A stretch of 64,000 nt of DNA from Escherichia coli (lineage in GTDB: Bacteria; Pseudomonadota; Gammaproteobacteria; Enterobacterales; Enterobacteriaceae), in assembly GCF_001677475.2 (NCBI RefSeq), contig NZ_CP015229.1. One strand, given 5' to 3'. Under the pieces are notes generated by a model. That model worked only from the letters and a program-made list of their open reading frames with translations. It was not told the origin of the DNA and ran no database searches. Of the stretch, positions 1 to 13,172 are shown piece by piece (within the stretch, counting starts at the first letter, position 1; every line of letters begins with the position of its first letter). Position numbers and translations under genes: made by a program.

Positions 1-1
1 A

Positions 2-2104
2 TTGAGCCGTCGGGAGAAAACTGTCGACTCGCTGGTTCAGCAAACCGCGGAAGGGATCGCCATCAAGCCGCTGTATACCGAAGCCGATCTCGATAATCTG
101 GAGGTGACAGGTACCCTTCCTGGTTTGCCCCCCTACGTTCGTGGCCCGCGTGCCACTATGTATACCGCCCAACCGTGGACCATCCGTCAGTATGCTGGTT
201 TTTCAACAGCAAAAGAGTCCAACGCTTTTTATCGCCGTAACCTGGCCGCCGGGCAAAAAGGTCTTTCCGTTGCGTTTGACCTTGCCACCCACCGAGGCTA
301 CGACTCCGATAACCCGCGCGTGGCGGGCGACGTCGGCAAAGCGGGCGTTGCTATCGACACCGTGGAAGATATGAAAGTCCTGTTCGACCAGATCCCGCTG
401 GATAAAATGTCGGTTTCGATGACCATGAATGGCGCAGTACTACCAGTACTGGCGTTTTATATTGTCGCCGCAGAAGAGCAAGGTGTTACACCCGATAAAC
501 TGACCGGCACCATTCAAAACGATATCCTCAAAGAGTATCTTTGCCGCAACACCTATATTTACCCGCCAAAACCGTCAATGCGTATTATCGCAGACATCAT
601 CGCCTGGTGTTCCGGCAACATGCCGCGATTTAATACCATCAGTATCAGCGGTTACCATATGGGTGAAGCGGGTGCCAACTGCGTGCAGCAGGTAGCATTT
701 ACGCTCGCTGATGGGATTGAGTACATCAAAGCAGCAATCTCCGCCGGGCTGAAAATTGATGACTTCGCTCCTCGCCTGTCGTTCTTCTTCGGCATTGGCA
801 TGGATCTGTTTATGAACGTCGCCATGTTGCGTGCGGCACGTTATTTATGGAGCGAAGCGGTCAGTGGATTTGGCGCACAGGATCCGAAATCACTGGCGCT
901 GCGTACCCACTGCCAGACCTCAGGCTGGAGCCTGACTGAACAGGATCCGTATAACAACGTTATCCGCACCACCATTGAAGCACTGGCTGCAACGCTGGGC
1001 GGTACTCAGTCACTGCATACCAACGCCTTTGATGAAGCGCTTGGTTTGCCTACCGATTTCTCAGCACGCATTGCCCGCAATACCCAGATCATCATTCAGG
1101 AAGAATCAGAACTCTGCCGCACCGTCGATCCACTGGCCGGATCCTATTACGTTGAGTCGCTGACCGATCAAATCGTCAAACAAGCCAGAGCTATTATCCA
1201 ACAGATCGACGAAGCCGGTGGCATGGCGAAAGCGATCGAAGCAGGTCTGCCAAAACGAATGATCGAAGAGGCCTCAGCGCGCGAACAGTCGCTGATCGAC
1301 CAGGGCAAGCGTGTCATCGTTGGTGTCAACAAGTACAAACTGGATCACGAAGACGAAACCGATGTACTTGAGATCGACAACGTGATGGTGCGTAACGAGC
1401 AAATTGCTTCGCTGGAACGCATTCGCGCCACCCGTGATGATGCCGCCGTAACCGCCGCGTTGAACGCCCTGACTCACGCCGCACAGCATAACGAAAACCT
1501 GCTGGCTGCCGCTGTTAATGCCGCTCGCGTTCGCGCCACCCTGGGTGAAATTTCCGATGCGCTGGAAGCCGCTTTCGACCGTTATCTGGTGCCAAGCCAG
1601 TGTGTTACCGGCGTGATTGCGCAAAGCTATCATCAGTCTGAGAAATCGGCCTCCGAGTTCGATGCCATTGTTGCGCAAACGGAGCTGTTCCTTGCCGACA
1701 ATGGTCGTCGCCCGCGCATTCTGATCGCTAAAATGGGCCAGGATGGGCACGATCGCGGCGCAAAAGTGATCGCCAGCGCCTATTCCGATCTCGGTTTCGA
1801 CGTAGATTTAAGCCCGATGTTCTCTACACCTGAAGAGATCGCCCGCCTGGCAGTAGAAAACGACGTTCACGTAGTGGGCGCATCCTCACTGGCTGCCGGT
1901 CATAAAACGCTGATCCCGGAACTGGTCGAAGCGCTGAAAAAATGGGGACGCGAAGATATCTGCGTAGTCGCCGGTGGCGTCATTCCGCCGCAGGATTACG
2001 CCTTCCTGCAAGAGCGCGGCGTGGCGGCGATTTATGGTCCAGGTACACCTATGCTCGACAGCGTGCGCGACGTACTGAATCTGATAAGCCAGCATCATGA
2101 TTAA
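2..2104 (+). CDS. scpA: Methylmalonyl-CoA mutase (5' partial; window starts inside the gene)
   Basis: 700-aa ORF open to the window edge; translation reads as the B12-dependent methylmalonyl-CoA mutase; followed in operon order by argK, scpB, scpC. Confidence 0.9.
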   Translation: MSRREKTVDSLVQQTAEGIAIKPLYTEADLDNLEVTGTLPGLPPYVRGPRATMYTAQPWTIRQYAGFSTAKESNAFYRRNLAAGQKGLSVAFDLATHRGYDSDNPRVAGDVGKAGVAIDTVEDMKVLFDQIPLDKMSVSMTMNGAVLPVLAFYIVAAEEQGVTPDKLTGTIQNDILKEYLCRNTYIYPPKPSMRIIADIIAWCSGNMPRFNTISISGYHMGEAGANCVQQVAFTLADGIEYIKAAISAGLKIDDFAPRLSFFFGIGMDLFMNVAMLRAARYLWSEAVSGFGAQDPKSLALRTHCQTSGWSLTEQDPYNNVIRTTIEALAATLGGTQSLHTNAFDEALGLPTDFSARIARNTQIIIQEESELCRTVDPLAGSYYVESLTDQIVKQARAIIQQIDEAGGMAKAIEAGLPKRMIEEASAREQSLIDQGKRVIVGVNKYKLDHEDETDVLEIDNVMVRNEQIASLERIRATRDDAAVTAALNALTHAAQHNENLLAAAVNAARVRATLGEISDALEAAFDRYLVPSQCVTGVIAQSYHQSEKSASEFDAIVAQTELFLADNGRRPRILIAKMGQDGHDRGAKVIASAYSDLGFDVDLSPMFSTPEEIARLAVENDVHVVGASSLAAGHKTLIPELVEALKKWGREDICVVAGGVIPPQDYAFLQERGVAAIYGPGTPMLDSVRDVLNLISQHHD

Positions 2105-3092
2105 TGAAGCCACGCTGGCAGAAAGTATTCGCCGCTTACGTCAGGGTGAGCGTGCCACGCTCGCCCAGGCCATGACGTTGGTGGAAAGCCGTCACCCGCG
2201 TCATCAGGCGCTAAGTACGCAGCTGCTTGATGCCATTATGCCGTTCTGTGGTAACGCCCTGCGACTGGGCGTTACCGGCACACCCGGCGCGGGGAAAAGT
2301 ACCTTTCTTGAAGCCTTTGGCATGTTGTTGATTCGTGATGGATTAAAGGTTGCGGTTATTGCGGTCGATCCCAGCAGCCCGGTCACTGGCGGTAGCATCC
2401 TCGGGGATAAAACCCGCATGAATGACCTTGCGCGTGCCGAGGCGGCGTTTATTCGCCCGGTACCCTCCTCCGGCCATCTGGGCGGTGCCAGTCAGCGAGC
2501 GCGGGAATTAATGCTGTTATGCGAAGCGGCGGGTTATGACGTAGTGATTGTCGAAACGGTTGGCGTCGGGCAGTCAGAAACGGAAGTCGCCCGCATGGTG
2601 GACTGTTTTATCTCGTTGCAAATTGCCGGTGGCGGCGATGATCTGCAGGGCATTAAAAAGGGGCTGATGGAAGTGGCAGATCTGATCGTTATCAACAAAG
2701 ACGATGGCGATAACCATACCAATGTCGCCATTGCCCGGCATATGTACGAGAGTGCCCTGCATATTCTGCGACGTAAATACGACGAATGGCAGCCACGGGT
2801 TCTGACTTGTAGCGCACTGGAAAAACGTGGAATCGATGAGATCTGGCACGCCATCATCGACTTCAAAACCGCGCTAACTGCCAGTGGTCGATTACAACAA
2901 GTGCGGCAACAACAATCGGTGGAATGGCTGCGTAAGCAGACCGAAGAAGAAGTACTGAATCGCCTGTTCGCGAATGAAGATTTCGATCGCTATTACCGCC
3001 AGACGCTTTTAGCGGTCAAAAACAATACGCTCTCACCGCGCACCGGCCTGCGGCAGCTCAGTGAATTTATCCAGACGCAATATTTTGATTAA
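2097..3092 (+). CDS. argK: Methylmalonyl-CoA mutase-associated GTPase (ArgK/MeaB)
   Basis: 331-aa ORF with P-loop [11 protein letters not shown]; overlaps scpA stop by 8 bp (translational coupling). Confidence 0.9.
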   Translation: MINEATLAESIRRLRQGERATLAQAMTLVESRHPRHQALSTQLLDAIMPFCGNALRLGVTGTPGAGKSTFLEAFGMLLIRDGLKVAVIAVDPSSPVTGGSILGDKTRMNDLARAEAAFIRPVPSSGHLGGASQRARELMLLCEAAGYDVVIVETVGVGQSETEVARMVDCFISLQIAGGGDDLQGIKKGLMEVADLIVINKDDGDNHTNVAIARHMYESALHILRRKYDEWQPRVLTCSALEKRGIDEIWHAIIDFKTALTASGRLQQVRQQQSVEWLRKQTEEEVLNRLFANEDFDRYYRQTLLAVKNNTLSPRTGLRQLSEFIQTQYFD

Positions 3093-3102
3093 AGGAATTT
3101 TT

Positions 3103-3888
3103 ATGTCTTATCAGTATGTGAACGTTGCCACTATCAACAAAGTGGCGGTCATTGAGTTTAACTATGGCCGAAAACTTAATGCCTTAAGTAAAGTCTTTAT
3201 TGATGATCTTATGCAGGCATTAAGCGATCTCAACCGGCCGGAAATTCGCTGTATCATTTTGCGCGCGCCGAGTGGATCCAAAGTCTTCTCCGCAGGTCAC
3301 GATATTCACGAACTGCCGTCTGGCGGTCGCGATCCGCTCTCCTATGATGATCCGTTGCGTCAAATCACCCGCATGATCCAAAAATTCCAGAAACCGATCA
3401 TTTCGATGGTGGAAGGTAGTGTTTGGGGTGGCGCATTTGAAATGATCATGAGTTCCGATCTGATCATCGCCGCCAGTACCTCAACCTTCTCAATGACGCC
3501 TGTAAACCTCGGCGTCCCGTATAACCTGGTCGGCATTCACAACCTGACCCGCGACGCGGGCTTCCACATTGTCAAAGAGCTGATTTTTACCGCTTCGCCA
3601 ATCACCGCCCAGCGCGCGCTGGCTGTCGGCATCCTCAACCATGTTGTGGAAGTGGAAGAACTGGAAGATTTCACCTTACAAATGGCGCACCACATCTCTG
3701 AGAAAGCGCCGTTAGCCATTGCCGTTATCAAAGAAGAGCTGCGTGTACTGGGCGAAGCGCACACCATGAACTCCGATGAATTTGAACGTATTCAGGGGAT
3801 GCGCCGCGCGGTTTATGACAGCGAAGACTACCAGGAAGGGATGAACGCTTTCCTCGAAAAACGTAAACCTAATTTCGTTGGTCATTAA
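3103..3888 (+). CDS. scpB: Methylmalonyl-CoA decarboxylase (crotonase fold)
   Basis: ATG at 3103 preceded by AAAGGA; protein starts MSYQYVNV; the GTG-initiated 14-codon extension in the ORF track was not used. Confidence 0.85.
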   Translation: MSYQYVNVATINKVAVIEFNYGRKLNALSKVFIDDLMQALSDLNRPEIRCIILRAPSGSKVFSAGHDIHELPSGGRDPLSYDDPLRQITRMIQKFQKPIISMVEGSVWGGAFEMIMSSDLIIAASTSTFSMTPVNLGVPYNLVGIHNLTRDAGFHIVKELIFTASPITAQRALAVGILNHVVEVEELEDFTLQMAHHISEKAPLAIAVIKEELRVLGEAHTMNSDEFERIQGMRRAVYDSEDYQEGMNAFLEKRKPNFVGH

Positions 3889-3911
3889 TCCCTGCGAACG
3901 AAGGAGTTAAA

Positions 3912-5390
3912 ATGGAAACTCAGTGGACAAGGATGACCGCCGATGAAGCGGCAGAAATTATCCAGCATAACGACATGGTGGCATTTAGCGGCTTTACCCC
4001 AGCGGGTTCGCCGAAAGCCTTACCCACCGCGATTGCCCGCAGAGCTAACGAACAGCATGAGGCCAAAAAGCCGTATCAAATTCGCCTGCTGACGGGGGCG
4101 TCAATCAGCGCCGCCGCTGACGATGTACTTTCTGACGCCGATGCTGTTTCCTGGCGTGCGCCATATCAAACATCGTCCGGTTTACGTAAAAAGATCAATC
4201 AGGGCGCGGTGAGTTTCGTTGACCTGCATTTGAGCGAAGTGGCGCAAATGGTCAATTACGGTTTCTTCGGCGACATTGATGTTGCCGTCATTGAAGCATC
4301 GGCACTGGCACCGGATGGTCGAGTCTGGTTAACCAGCGGGATCGGTAATGCGCCTACCTGGCTGCTGCGGGCGAAGAAAGTGATCATTGAACTCAATCAC
4401 TATCACGATCCGCGCGTTGCAGAACTGGCAGATATTGTGATTCCTGGCGCGCCACCGCGGCGCAATAGCGTGTCGATCTTCCATGCAATGGATCGCGTCG
4501 GTACCCGCTATGTGCAAATCGATCCGAAAAAGATTGTCGCCGTCGTGGAAACCAATTTGCCCGACGCCGGTAATATGCTGGATAAGCAAAATCCCATGTG
4601 CCAGCAGATTGCCGATAACGTGGTCACGTTCTTGTTGCAGGAAATGGCGCATGGGCGTATTCCGCCGGAATTTCTGCCGCTGCAAAGTGGCGTGGGCAAT
4701 ATAAATAATGCAGTCATGGCGCGACTAGGGGAAAACCCGGAAATTCCTCCGTTCATGATGTATTCGGAAGTGCTACAGGAATCAGTGGTGCATTTACTGG
4801 AAACGGGCAAAATCAGCGGGGCCAGCGCCTCCAGCCTGACTATCTCGGCCGATTCCCTGCGCAAGATTTACGACAATATGGATTACTTTGCCAGCCGCAT
4901 TGTGTTGCGTCCGCAGGAAATTTCCAATAACCCGGAAATCATCCGTCGTCTGGGCGTCATCGCTCTGAACGTCGGCCTGGAGTTTGATATTTACGGGCAT
5001 GCCAACTCAACACACGTAGCCGGGGTCGATCTGATGAACGGCATCGGCGGCAGCGGTGATTTTGAACGCAACGCGTATCTGTCGATCTTTATGGCCCCGT
5101 CGATTGCTAAAGAAGGCAAGATCTCAACCGTCGTGCCAATGTGCAGCCATGTTGATCACAGCGAACACAGCGTCAAAGTGATCATCACCGAACAAGGGAT
5201 CGCCGATCTGCGCGGTCTTTCCCCGCTTCAACGCGCCCGCACGATCATTGATAATTGTGCACATCCTATGTATCGGGATTATCTGCATCGCTATCTGGAA
5301 AATGCGCCTGGCGGACATATTCACCACGATCTTAGCCACGTCTTCGACTTACACCGTAATTTAATTGCAACCGGCTCGATGCTGGGTTAA
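3912..5390 (+). CDS. scpC: Propionyl-CoA:succinate CoA transferase
   Basis: 492-aa ORF, GGAG RBS upstream, last gene of the scpA operon. Confidence 0.9.
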   Translation: METQWTRMTADEAAEIIQHNDMVAFSGFTPAGSPKALPTAIARRANEQHEAKKPYQIRLLTGASISAAADDVLSDADAVSWRAPYQTSSGLRKKINQGAVSFVDLHLSEVAQMVNYGFFGDIDVAVIEASALAPDGRVWLTSGIGNAPTWLLRAKKVIIELNHYHDPRVAELADIVIPGAPPRRNSVSIFHAMDRVGTRYVQIDPKKIVAVVETNLPDAGNMLDKQNPMCQQIADNVVTFLLQEMAHGRIPPEFLPLQSGVGNINNAVMARLGENPEIPPFMMYSEVLQESVVHLLETGKISGASASSLTISADSLRKIYDNMDYFASRIVLRPQEISNNPEIIRRLGVIALNVGLEFDIYGHANSTHVAGVDLMNGIGGSGDFERNAYLSIFMAPSIAKEGKISTVVPMCSHVDHSEHSVKVIITEQGIADLRGLSPLQRARTIIDNCAHPMYRDYLHRYLENAPGGHIHHDLSHVFDLHRNLIATGSMLG

Positions 5391-6283
5391 TGACTCGTCC
5401 CGTCACGATCTTCAGCAATATGCTGAAGCATCGTGGCGGTATAACGATGATTTCTGATTGAATAAAGATATTCCTGCATATACATCGGCCTGTGCGGTGC
5501 ATCAAAATATTTCAGCGTTGCCGGATTCACCAGTCGCCAGGCAAAATGCGGGATCACCGTCAGAAAATGTCCGCGCTCCACGGCGCTGATTTTGGCCATA
5601 AAACTGTAGGGACGATAAATAATGGTTGGATTGATCCCACAAGGTCGCATATTCGCATCAATCATTGCTTCGAAGTTGGCCCGGTTCTGAAAGCGCATTT
5701 GCAGCCAGGGCAGCTCCTGAAGCAGCTCTTGCTCTTGACGCTCTTCATAACGGCGAGAAACGAGAAAGCCCAATCGCAGCGGCGGTAGTTCACTGATAGT
5801 CAGGTTTTCCAGTTCCTGAACTCGTGAAGATACATGCTGTGGGGAGATAATAAAATCTAACTGACGGTCAAAAAGATTATCGATAACGCCGTTTTCGCTG
5901 AACTCAACTGGCTGGGCGGTCACGCCTTCATACTTATCTCCGAGACTAATCAACTGATCGAAAATAATTGTCGGATAAGTATTATCTATGCCAATCACAA
6001 TTTCTCGTGAACGACGCCCTGAGTTATGGATTTCATTATCAATCGCAGAAAGTCGTTGATAAACCGGGAACAGTTTTTGATACAGTTCCTGTCCGGCTTT
6101 ATTGAGGCTGATATTATTATCTTTGCGGGTAAATAGCGTATAGCCAATTTGTTCTTCCAGCGCGGCAATGCTTTTACCAAATGGCGAAGCCGTCATATGG
6201 ATTTTTTCTGCCGCCCGGGCAATATTATTGGTTTGCGCTAATAAAATGAAATTGCGCATCTTTTTCGAAATAAAAATGTCCAT
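5387..6283 (-). CDS. ygfI: LysR-family transcriptional regulator
   Basis: 298-aa ORF convergent with scpC; N-terminal HTH and LysR-type layout. Confidence 0.8.
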   Translation of the reverse strand: MDIFISKKMRNFILLAQTNNIARAAEKIHMTASPFGKSIAALEEQIGYTLFTRKDNNISLNKAGQELYQKLFPVYQRLSAIDNEIHNSGRRSREIVIGIDNTYPTIIFDQLISLGDKYEGVTAQPVEFSENGVIDNLFDRQLDFIISPQHVSSRVQELENLTISELPPLRLGFLVSRRYEERQEQELLQELPWLQMRFQNRANFEAMIDANMRPCGINPTIIYRPYSFMAKISAVERGHFLTVIPHFAWRLVNPATLKYFDAPHRPMYMQEYLYSIRNHRYTATMLQHIAEDRDGTSH

Positions 6284-6450
6284 ACCCCCTCCCCCGCATC
6301 CTTGTCCGCTTAACCGTTTCAGTCAGCCTATCCTTGATGAAACCGCGAGCAAAGATAGGTGATTACGTCATGGTTTTACAGAAAATTACAGAAAAAGGAG
6401 GCAATATCGGGTAAAGGCATTAGCCCGACGAATACGTCGGGCTACAAATA

Positions 6451-7191
6451 TTATTGTGCTGCAGGTGTTTTAGCGGGTTGTTGATCCACAGGTTCTAACT
6501 GGAAGACCACATCGACCTGATCATCAAACTGAATAGCGGCCTGCTCGTAAGTTTCCTGGGCGGACACCGGCGCGGCATCGGCTTTCATCATCCGCACCAT
6601 TGGGCTGGGCTGATAGTTGGAAACATGGTAGCGCACGCTATATACCGGCCCCAGTTTACGATGAAAGCCGTTCGCCAGTTCCTGCGCCTGATGAATCGCG
6701 TTATCAATCGCTGCCTTACGCGCTTTGTCTTTATAGGCATCCGGCTGCGCCACGCCCAGCGACACAGAACGAATTTCGTTAAGACCCGCCTTCAGCGCGC
6801 CATCCAGCAAGGAATTCAGTTTGTCTAACTGACGGAGCGTGACTTCCACCGTTCTCACAGCACGGTAGCCTTTCAGGATACTTTTACCATCCTGATAATC
6901 ATAATCTGGCTGGGTGCGTAAGTTCGCTGAGCTGATATCTTTTTTCGCGATCTGATTGAGTTCAAGGAAGGAAATGTATTGTGCGACGCGCTCATCCGCC
7001 TGTTTCTTGGCAGTAGCGGCATCCTTCGCGGCCACGTTGACTTCAATCGCAAGAGTGGCAATGTCTGGCACCGCATCCACGCTTGCCGTACCGGAGGTGA
7101 CAATATGCGGTCCATCCGGCAATTCGTTAGCCTGCGCTGCCATCCCGCTAATACCCATTAATGCCGCCAGGGCGATAACTTTGAACTTCAC
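6451..7191 (-). CDS. yggE: Periplasmic DUF541-family protein YggE
   Basis: 246-aa ORF with N-terminal signal peptide (MKFKVIALAALMGISGMAAQA). Confidence 0.8.
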   Translation of the reverse strand: MKFKVIALAALMGISGMAAQANELPDGPHIVTSGTASVDAVPDIATLAIEVNVAAKDAATAKKQADERVAQYISFLELNQIAKKDISSANLRTQPDYDYQDGKSILKGYRAVRTVEVTLRQLDKLNSLLDGALKAGLNEIRSVSLGVAQPDAYKDKARKAAIDNAIHQAQELANGFHRKLGPVYSVRYHVSNYQPSPMVRMMKADAAPVSAQETYEQAAIQFDDQVDVVFQLEPVDQQPAKTPAAQ

Positions 7192-7283
7192 GTTAGTCTC
7201 TCCGTGTTAATTGACTTGCCTAAAATTCAGGACCTCTGGAGGCAAGCTTAGCGCCTCTGTTTTATTTTTCCATCAGATAGCGC

Positions 7284-7919
7284 CTAACTGAACAAGGCTT
7301 GTGCATGAGCAATACCGTCTCTCGCCAGCTGCAAAGCAATAAACCACATAACACATCCCACTACCAGATTGATAATGCGCTGTGATTTTGCCGTGCGCAG
7401 GCGCGGTGCCAGCCAGGCTGCGAGAATAGCCAGACCAAAGAACCACAGGAAAGAGGCGCTAATTGTCCCGAGCGCAAACCAACGTTTTGGTTCCACATCA
7501 AGTTGCCCGCCAAGGCTGCCCAGCACAACAAAAGTATCCAGGTAAACATGCGGGTTCAGCCAGGTCACTGCCAACATGGTGGCGATAATTTTCCATCTGC
7601 CTTGCTTCAGGACTTCGGCACTGGCTAACTCAATGTTACTGCTCATTGCTGTTTTAAAAGCGCCAAAACCATACCACAGCAAGAAGGCTACGCCGCCCCA
7701 GGTGACCAGCGCCAGCAACCACGGCGACTGCATCAATAACGCGCTGCCACCAAAAATCCCCGCGCAAATCAGGACCAAATCGCTGATAGCACAAAGTAAG
7801 GCAATCATAATGTGGTACTGACGACGAATGCCCTGATTCATCACAAAAGCATTTTGTGGACCGAGCGGTAGGATCATAGCTGCGCCAAGCACAAGACCTT
7901 GAAAGTAATAAGAAAACAC
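7284..7919 (-). CDS. argO: Arginine exporter, LysE family
   Basis: 211-aa polytopic membrane ORF at the conserved position between yggE and mscS. Confidence 0.85.
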   Translation of the reverse strand: MFSYYFQGLVLGAAMILPLGPQNAFVMNQGIRRQYHIMIALLCAISDLVLICAGIFGGSALLMQSPWLLALVTWGGVAFLLWYGFGAFKTAMSSNIELASAEVLKQGRWKIIATMLAVTWLNPHVYLDTFVVLGSLGGQLDVEPKRWFALGTISASFLWFFGLAILAAWLAPRLRTAKSQRIINLVVGCVMWFIALQLARDGIAHAQALFS

Positions 7920-8008
7920 GTTGTATATTCCGAATTAAGTATCTGATGCAGAGACTATATCGCGGGATTGTTATTAGCGGAAATTGATAATATTAATTGG
8001 CAATCAGA

Positions 8009-8049
8009 AAAACTAATAAGAGAGAGGCCAGAGAGTATTATCTGGCCTC
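8009..8049 (-). terminator. Putative rho-independent terminator downstream of mscS
   Basis: 9-bp perfect stem gaggccaga/tctggcctc (8024-8032 / 8041-8049) followed by a T-rich run on the minus strand. Confidence 0.45.
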
Positions 8050-8057
8050 AGCGTTGA

Positions 8058-8918
<861 letters not shown>

Positions 8919-9099
8919 TCAATATTCCTTTTCAACTGACTCAAAATGGAGAAATACACTCCGCCGCCTTATGACGGGCAGTCTGACAAGGGTAAACAAT
9001 AAAGCATAATTTTGCCAAATAGATCACAGATTTCTCATCTGTATCACCTTGCTTTTGGCGAAAAATCCCCGCAGAGCGGGGCTCAGACAGATATCAATG

Positions 9100-9215
9100 T
9101 GCGCTTTGTCATGCCGGATGCGGCGTGAACGCCTTATCCGGCCTACAAAAACCTGCAAATTCAATATATTGCAGGATACGTGTAGGCCTGATAAGCGTAG
9201 CGCATCAGGCAACTT
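9100..9215. repeat. REP/BIME-type palindromic units in the mscS-fbaA intergenic region
   Basis: gccggatgcggcgtgaacgccttatccggcctac and gtaggcctgataagcgtagcgcatcaggca, the typical enterobacterial REP motif in inverted orientation. Confidence 0.65.
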
Positions 9216-9224
9216 TTCTTTTGG

Positions 9225-9256
9225 CGAAAAAAAGACCCGCAGAGCGGGCCTTGAGA
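9225..9256 (-). terminator. Rho-independent terminator of fbaA
   Basis: Minus strand reads ggcccgctctgcgggtc hairpin followed by TTTTTTT immediately after the fbaA stop. Confidence 0.6.
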
Positions 9257-9274
9257 TAAGCAGAAAGGAATATC

Positions 9275-10354
9275 TTACAGAACGTCGATCGCGTTCAGTT
9301 CCTGGAATGCTTTTTCCAGACGAGCGATCATCGAAGTCTGACCGGCACGCAGCCATACACGCGGATCGTAGTATTTCTTGTTCGGCTGATCTTCGCCTTT
9401 CGGGTTACCCAGCTGACCCTGCAGATAAGCTTCGTTTGCTTTGTAGTAGTTCAGAACGCCTTCCCAGGTTGCCCATTGGGTATCGGTATCGATGTTCATT
9501 TTAACTACGCCGTAGCTTACGGAGTCTTTGATTTCCTGAGCAGTAGAACCGGAACCACCGTGGAATACGAAGTTCAGGCTGTTGTGCGGCAGGTTGTGTT
9601 TCTTAGAAACATATTCCTGAGAATCACGCAGGATGGTCGGAGTCAGAACCACGTTACCCGGCTTGTAAACACCGTGTACGTTACCGAAGGACGCTGCGAT
9701 GGTGAAACGCGGGCTGATTTTGCTCAGCTCGGTATACGCATAATCAACGTCTTCCGGCTGGGTGTACAGTGCAGAAGCGTCCATGTGGCTGTTGTCCACG
9801 CCGTCTTCTTCACCACCGGTGCAACCCAGTTCGATTTCCAGAGTCATGCCGATTTTGGACATGCGCTCCAGGTATTTAGAGCAGATTTCGATGTTCTCTT
9901 GCAGAGATTCTTCAGACAGGTCGATCATGTGAGAAGAGAACAGCGGCTTGCCGGTAGCTGCGAAGTGTTTTTCACCCGCGTCCAGCAGACCGTCGATCCA
10001 CGGCAGCAGTTTCTTCGCGCAGTGGTCGGTGTGCAGGATAACCGGAACACCATAATGTTCAGCCATCTGGTGAACGTGATGCGCACCAGAGATCGCGCCC
10101 AGGATAGCAGCACCCTGCGGAACATCAGATTTCACGCCTTTACCAGCGATAAAGGAAGCACCACCGTTGGAGAACTGAACGATAACCGGCGCTTTAACTT
10201 TAGCAGCGGTTTCCAGTACGGCGTTGATGGAGTCAGTACCGACGCAGTTTACTGCTGGCAGTGCGAAGTTGTTTTCTTTTGCTACCTGGAAAACTTTCTG
10301 TACGTCATCACCAGTGATTACGCCAGGTTTTACGAAATCAAAAATCTTAGACAT
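9275..10354 (-). CDS. fbaA: Fructose-bisphosphate aldolase class II
   Basis: Protein starts MSKIFDFVKPGVITGDD (359 aa); the 28-codon upstream extension in the ORF track was not used. Confidence 0.95.
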   Translation of the reverse strand: MSKIFDFVKPGVITGDDVQKVFQVAKENNFALPAVNCVGTDSINAVLETAAKVKAPVIVQFSNGGASFIAGKGVKSDVPQGAAILGAISGAHHVHQMAEHYGVPVILHTDHCAKKLLPWIDGLLDAGEKHFAATGKPLFSSHMIDLSEESLQENIEICSKYLERMSKIGMTLEIELGCTGGEEDGVDNSHMDASALYTQPEDVDYAYTELSKISPRFTIAASFGNVHGVYKPGNVVLTPTILRDSQEYVSKKHNLPHNSLNFVFHGGSGSTAQEIKDSVSYGVVKMNIDTDTQWATWEGVLNYYKANEAYLQGQLGNPKGEDQPNKKYYDPRVWLRAGQTSMIARLEKAFQELNAIDVL

Positions 10355-10568
10355 GTCTCTTGTCCTGTATCGTCGGGCCTTATACTCGTCATACTTCAAG
10401 TTGCATGTGATGCGTCTGCGTTCGCTCACCCCAGTCACTTACTTATGTAAGCTCCTGGGGATTCACTCTCTTGTCGCCTTCCTGCAACTCGAATTATTTA
10501 GAGTATGAAAAAGTGCGTGCTTTAAAAGCGCGCTGCAACAAGGGCAGGTTTCCCTGCCCTGTGATTTT

Positions 10569-11732
10569 TTACTTCTTAGCGCGCTCTTCGAGCATCGCTA
10601 CTGCAGGCAGTACTTTACCTTCCACGAATTCGAGGAATGCGCCGCCGCCAGTGGAGATGTAGGAGATTTTGTCAGCAATGCCGAACAGGTCGATTGCTGC
10701 CAGAGTGTCGCCGCCGCCAGCGATGGAGAACGCTTCGCTGTCTGCGATAGCGTTAGCCACGATTTCAGTACCTTTGCGGAAGTTCGGGAATTCGAACACG
10801 CCAACCGGACCGTTCCACAGAATGGTTTTCGCATTCTTCAGGATTTCAGCCAGTTCCTGAGCGGAAGCATCACCGATATCCAGGATCTGCTCGTCAGCTT
10901 TCACATCGTTAACAGATTTCAGGGTAGCCGGTGCAGTTTCAGAGAACTCGGTTGCTACGCGAACATCAGACGGAACCGGGATGTTGCAGGTGGTCAGCAG
11001 ACGTTTAGCTTCGTCAACCAGGTCAGCTTCGTAAAGGGATTTACCCACATCGTGGCCTTGTGCCGCGATAAAGGTGTTAGCGATACCACCACCAACAATC
11101 AGCTGGTCAGCGATTTTAGACAAGGAGTCCAGAACGGTCAGTTTGGTAGATACTTTAGAACCACCAACGATAGCCACCATCGGGCGAGCAGGTTCTTTCA
11201 GTGCTTTACCCAGCGCGTCCAGTTCAGCTGCCAGCAGCGGGCCTGCGCACGCAACGTCAGCGAATTTACCGATACCGTGAGTAGAAGCCTGCGCGCGGTG
11301 AGCAGTACCGAATGCGTCCATTACGAACACGTCACACAGTGCAGCGTATTTTTTGGACAGGGTTTCGTCGTCTTTCTTCTCGCCTTTGTTGAAGCGAACG
11401 TTTTCCAGAACAACCAGTTCACCTTCAGCAACGTCAACGCCGTCGAGGTAATCTTTAACCAGACGAACCGGGTTAGACAGTTTGTCTTTCAGGTAGTTAA
11501 CAACCGGCAGCAGAGAGAATTCTTCGTTGTACTCGCCTTCGGTAGGACGACCCAGGTGGGAAGTTACCATCACTTTTGCGCCTTGTTTCAGGGCCAGTTC
11601 GATGGTCGGCAGAGAAGCACGGATACGCGCATCGCTGGTTACTTTCCCGTCTTTTACTGGTACGTTCAGATCCGCACGGATAAATACACGTTTCCCAGCA
11701 AGATCCAGATCGGTCATCTTAATTACAGACAT
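10569..11732 (-). CDS. pgk: Phosphoglycerate kinase
   Basis: Protein starts [25 protein letters not shown] (387 aa); the upstream extension was not used. Confidence 0.95.
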
Positions 11733-11781
11733 GGTGAATCCTCTCGTTGATTCTAAAAGTTTTGCAGACGCTGCTTGCGTC

Positions 11782-12801
11782 TTACCTGAAAGCAACAGTA
11801 GCCATAGCTAACGTCGTGTCGAGCATTCGGTTAGCAAAGCCCCATTCGTTATCGCACCAGACCAACGTTTTGATCAGGTGTGCACCACTGACCCGGGTTT
11901 GGGTGCCATCGACAATGGCACTGTGCGGATCGTGGTTAAAATCTACAGAGACCAACGGCAATTCCGTATAGTCAACTATACCATGAAATGCACCTTGTGC
12001 TGCTTTTTGCAGCAACAGGTTGACTTCATTGGCTTTTACAGGTTTCTTCACCGTCACGCTTAAATCGATTGCCGTCACATTTATGGTTGGCACACGTACC
12101 GCAATCGCCTCAAAGCGATCGTTAAATTGCGGAAAAAATCGTGTGATACCGGCGGCCAGTTTAGTATCGACCGGAATGATCGACTGGCTGGCTGCCCGGG
12201 TGCGACGCAGGTCAGGATGGTATGCATCAATAACCTGTTGATCGTGCATGGCGGAGTGAATTGTGGTCACAGTGCCGGACTCAATACCGTACGCATCATC
12301 TAACAATTTGATGACGGGAATTATGCAATTCGTGGTACAGGAAGCGTTAGAAACGATGCGGTGTTCCGCACGAAGTTGATCCTGATTGACGCCGTAAACA
12401 ACGGTCGCGTCGAGATCGTTACTGCCAGGATGTGAAAAGAGCACTTTTTTAGCCCCGGCGGCAATGTGCGCTTCGCCATGCTCGCGGGAGCCATATACGC
12501 CGGTGCAGTCGAGGACTACATCAACGCCAAGTTCACGCCAGGGGAGCGATTGCAGTGAACGTTCATGCAATACGCGGATGGCGTCATCACCAACAAAAAG
12601 TTGATCGCGTTCCTGTCGTACTTCCCATGCAAAACGGCCATGGCTGGTGTCATATTTCAACAAATGCGCCATGCCCGCAGCATCCGCCAGTTCGTTGATT
12701 GCCACCACGGTAATTTCCGCCCGACGTCCGGATTCATACAAAGCACGAACCACATTACGCCCGATGCGACCGAAGCCATTTATCGCTACGCGTACGGTCA
12801 T
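11782..12801 (-). CDS. epd: Erythrose-4-phosphate dehydrogenase
   Basis: Protein starts [17 protein letters not shown] (339 aa), GAPDH fold; upstream extension not used. Confidence 0.9.
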
Positions 12802-13172
12802 AGATCTCCTGCAAGGTTTTCCCTGAGCAAATTTGCCAGACAGAGTAATCCAGCAAATCGTCCGGGGAAACCTTACCTGTCGCAAACTGCGACTGATTGG
12901 TTAATTGTCGAACATTTAATCGACTGAAACGCTTCAGCTAGGATAAGCGAAACGTGGAATAAAAGGAATGATTGTCCAGTCAAAGAAGACAATTATCTGA
13001 CTTACGTCACGTTTTCAGCCCCGCCCCTGTGGAATTTATTCCACTTTGCAGAATCACGAATAAGCGTAGCAAAATCTTTTCGTTGTGCCGTCACAAACCC
13101 TGACTTATATCAGAATATGACTGATGCAGCGTCGATATTATCCGCAATACGTCCGAGTTTCGGAGTACTCCA

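Noticed and set aside
9275-10438. N-terminal extensions of the ORF-track calls for fbaA, pgk, epd, tktA, loiP, speA, metK, galP, rsmE, yqgE, ruvX, yggR, yggU and scpB
   Set aside because: In each case an internal ATG preceded by a Shine-Dalgarno-like sequence yields the conserved N-terminus of the known protein. The extensions run through intergenic hairpins or REP elements.
10520-10565. Hairpin gggcaggtttccctgccc followed by a T-run on the plus strand in the pgk-fbaA intergenic region
   Set aside because: It is oriented as a terminator for rightward transcription, but both flanking genes are on the minus strand. It could be a regulatory structure for the downstream fbaA, but that cannot be supported from sequence alone.
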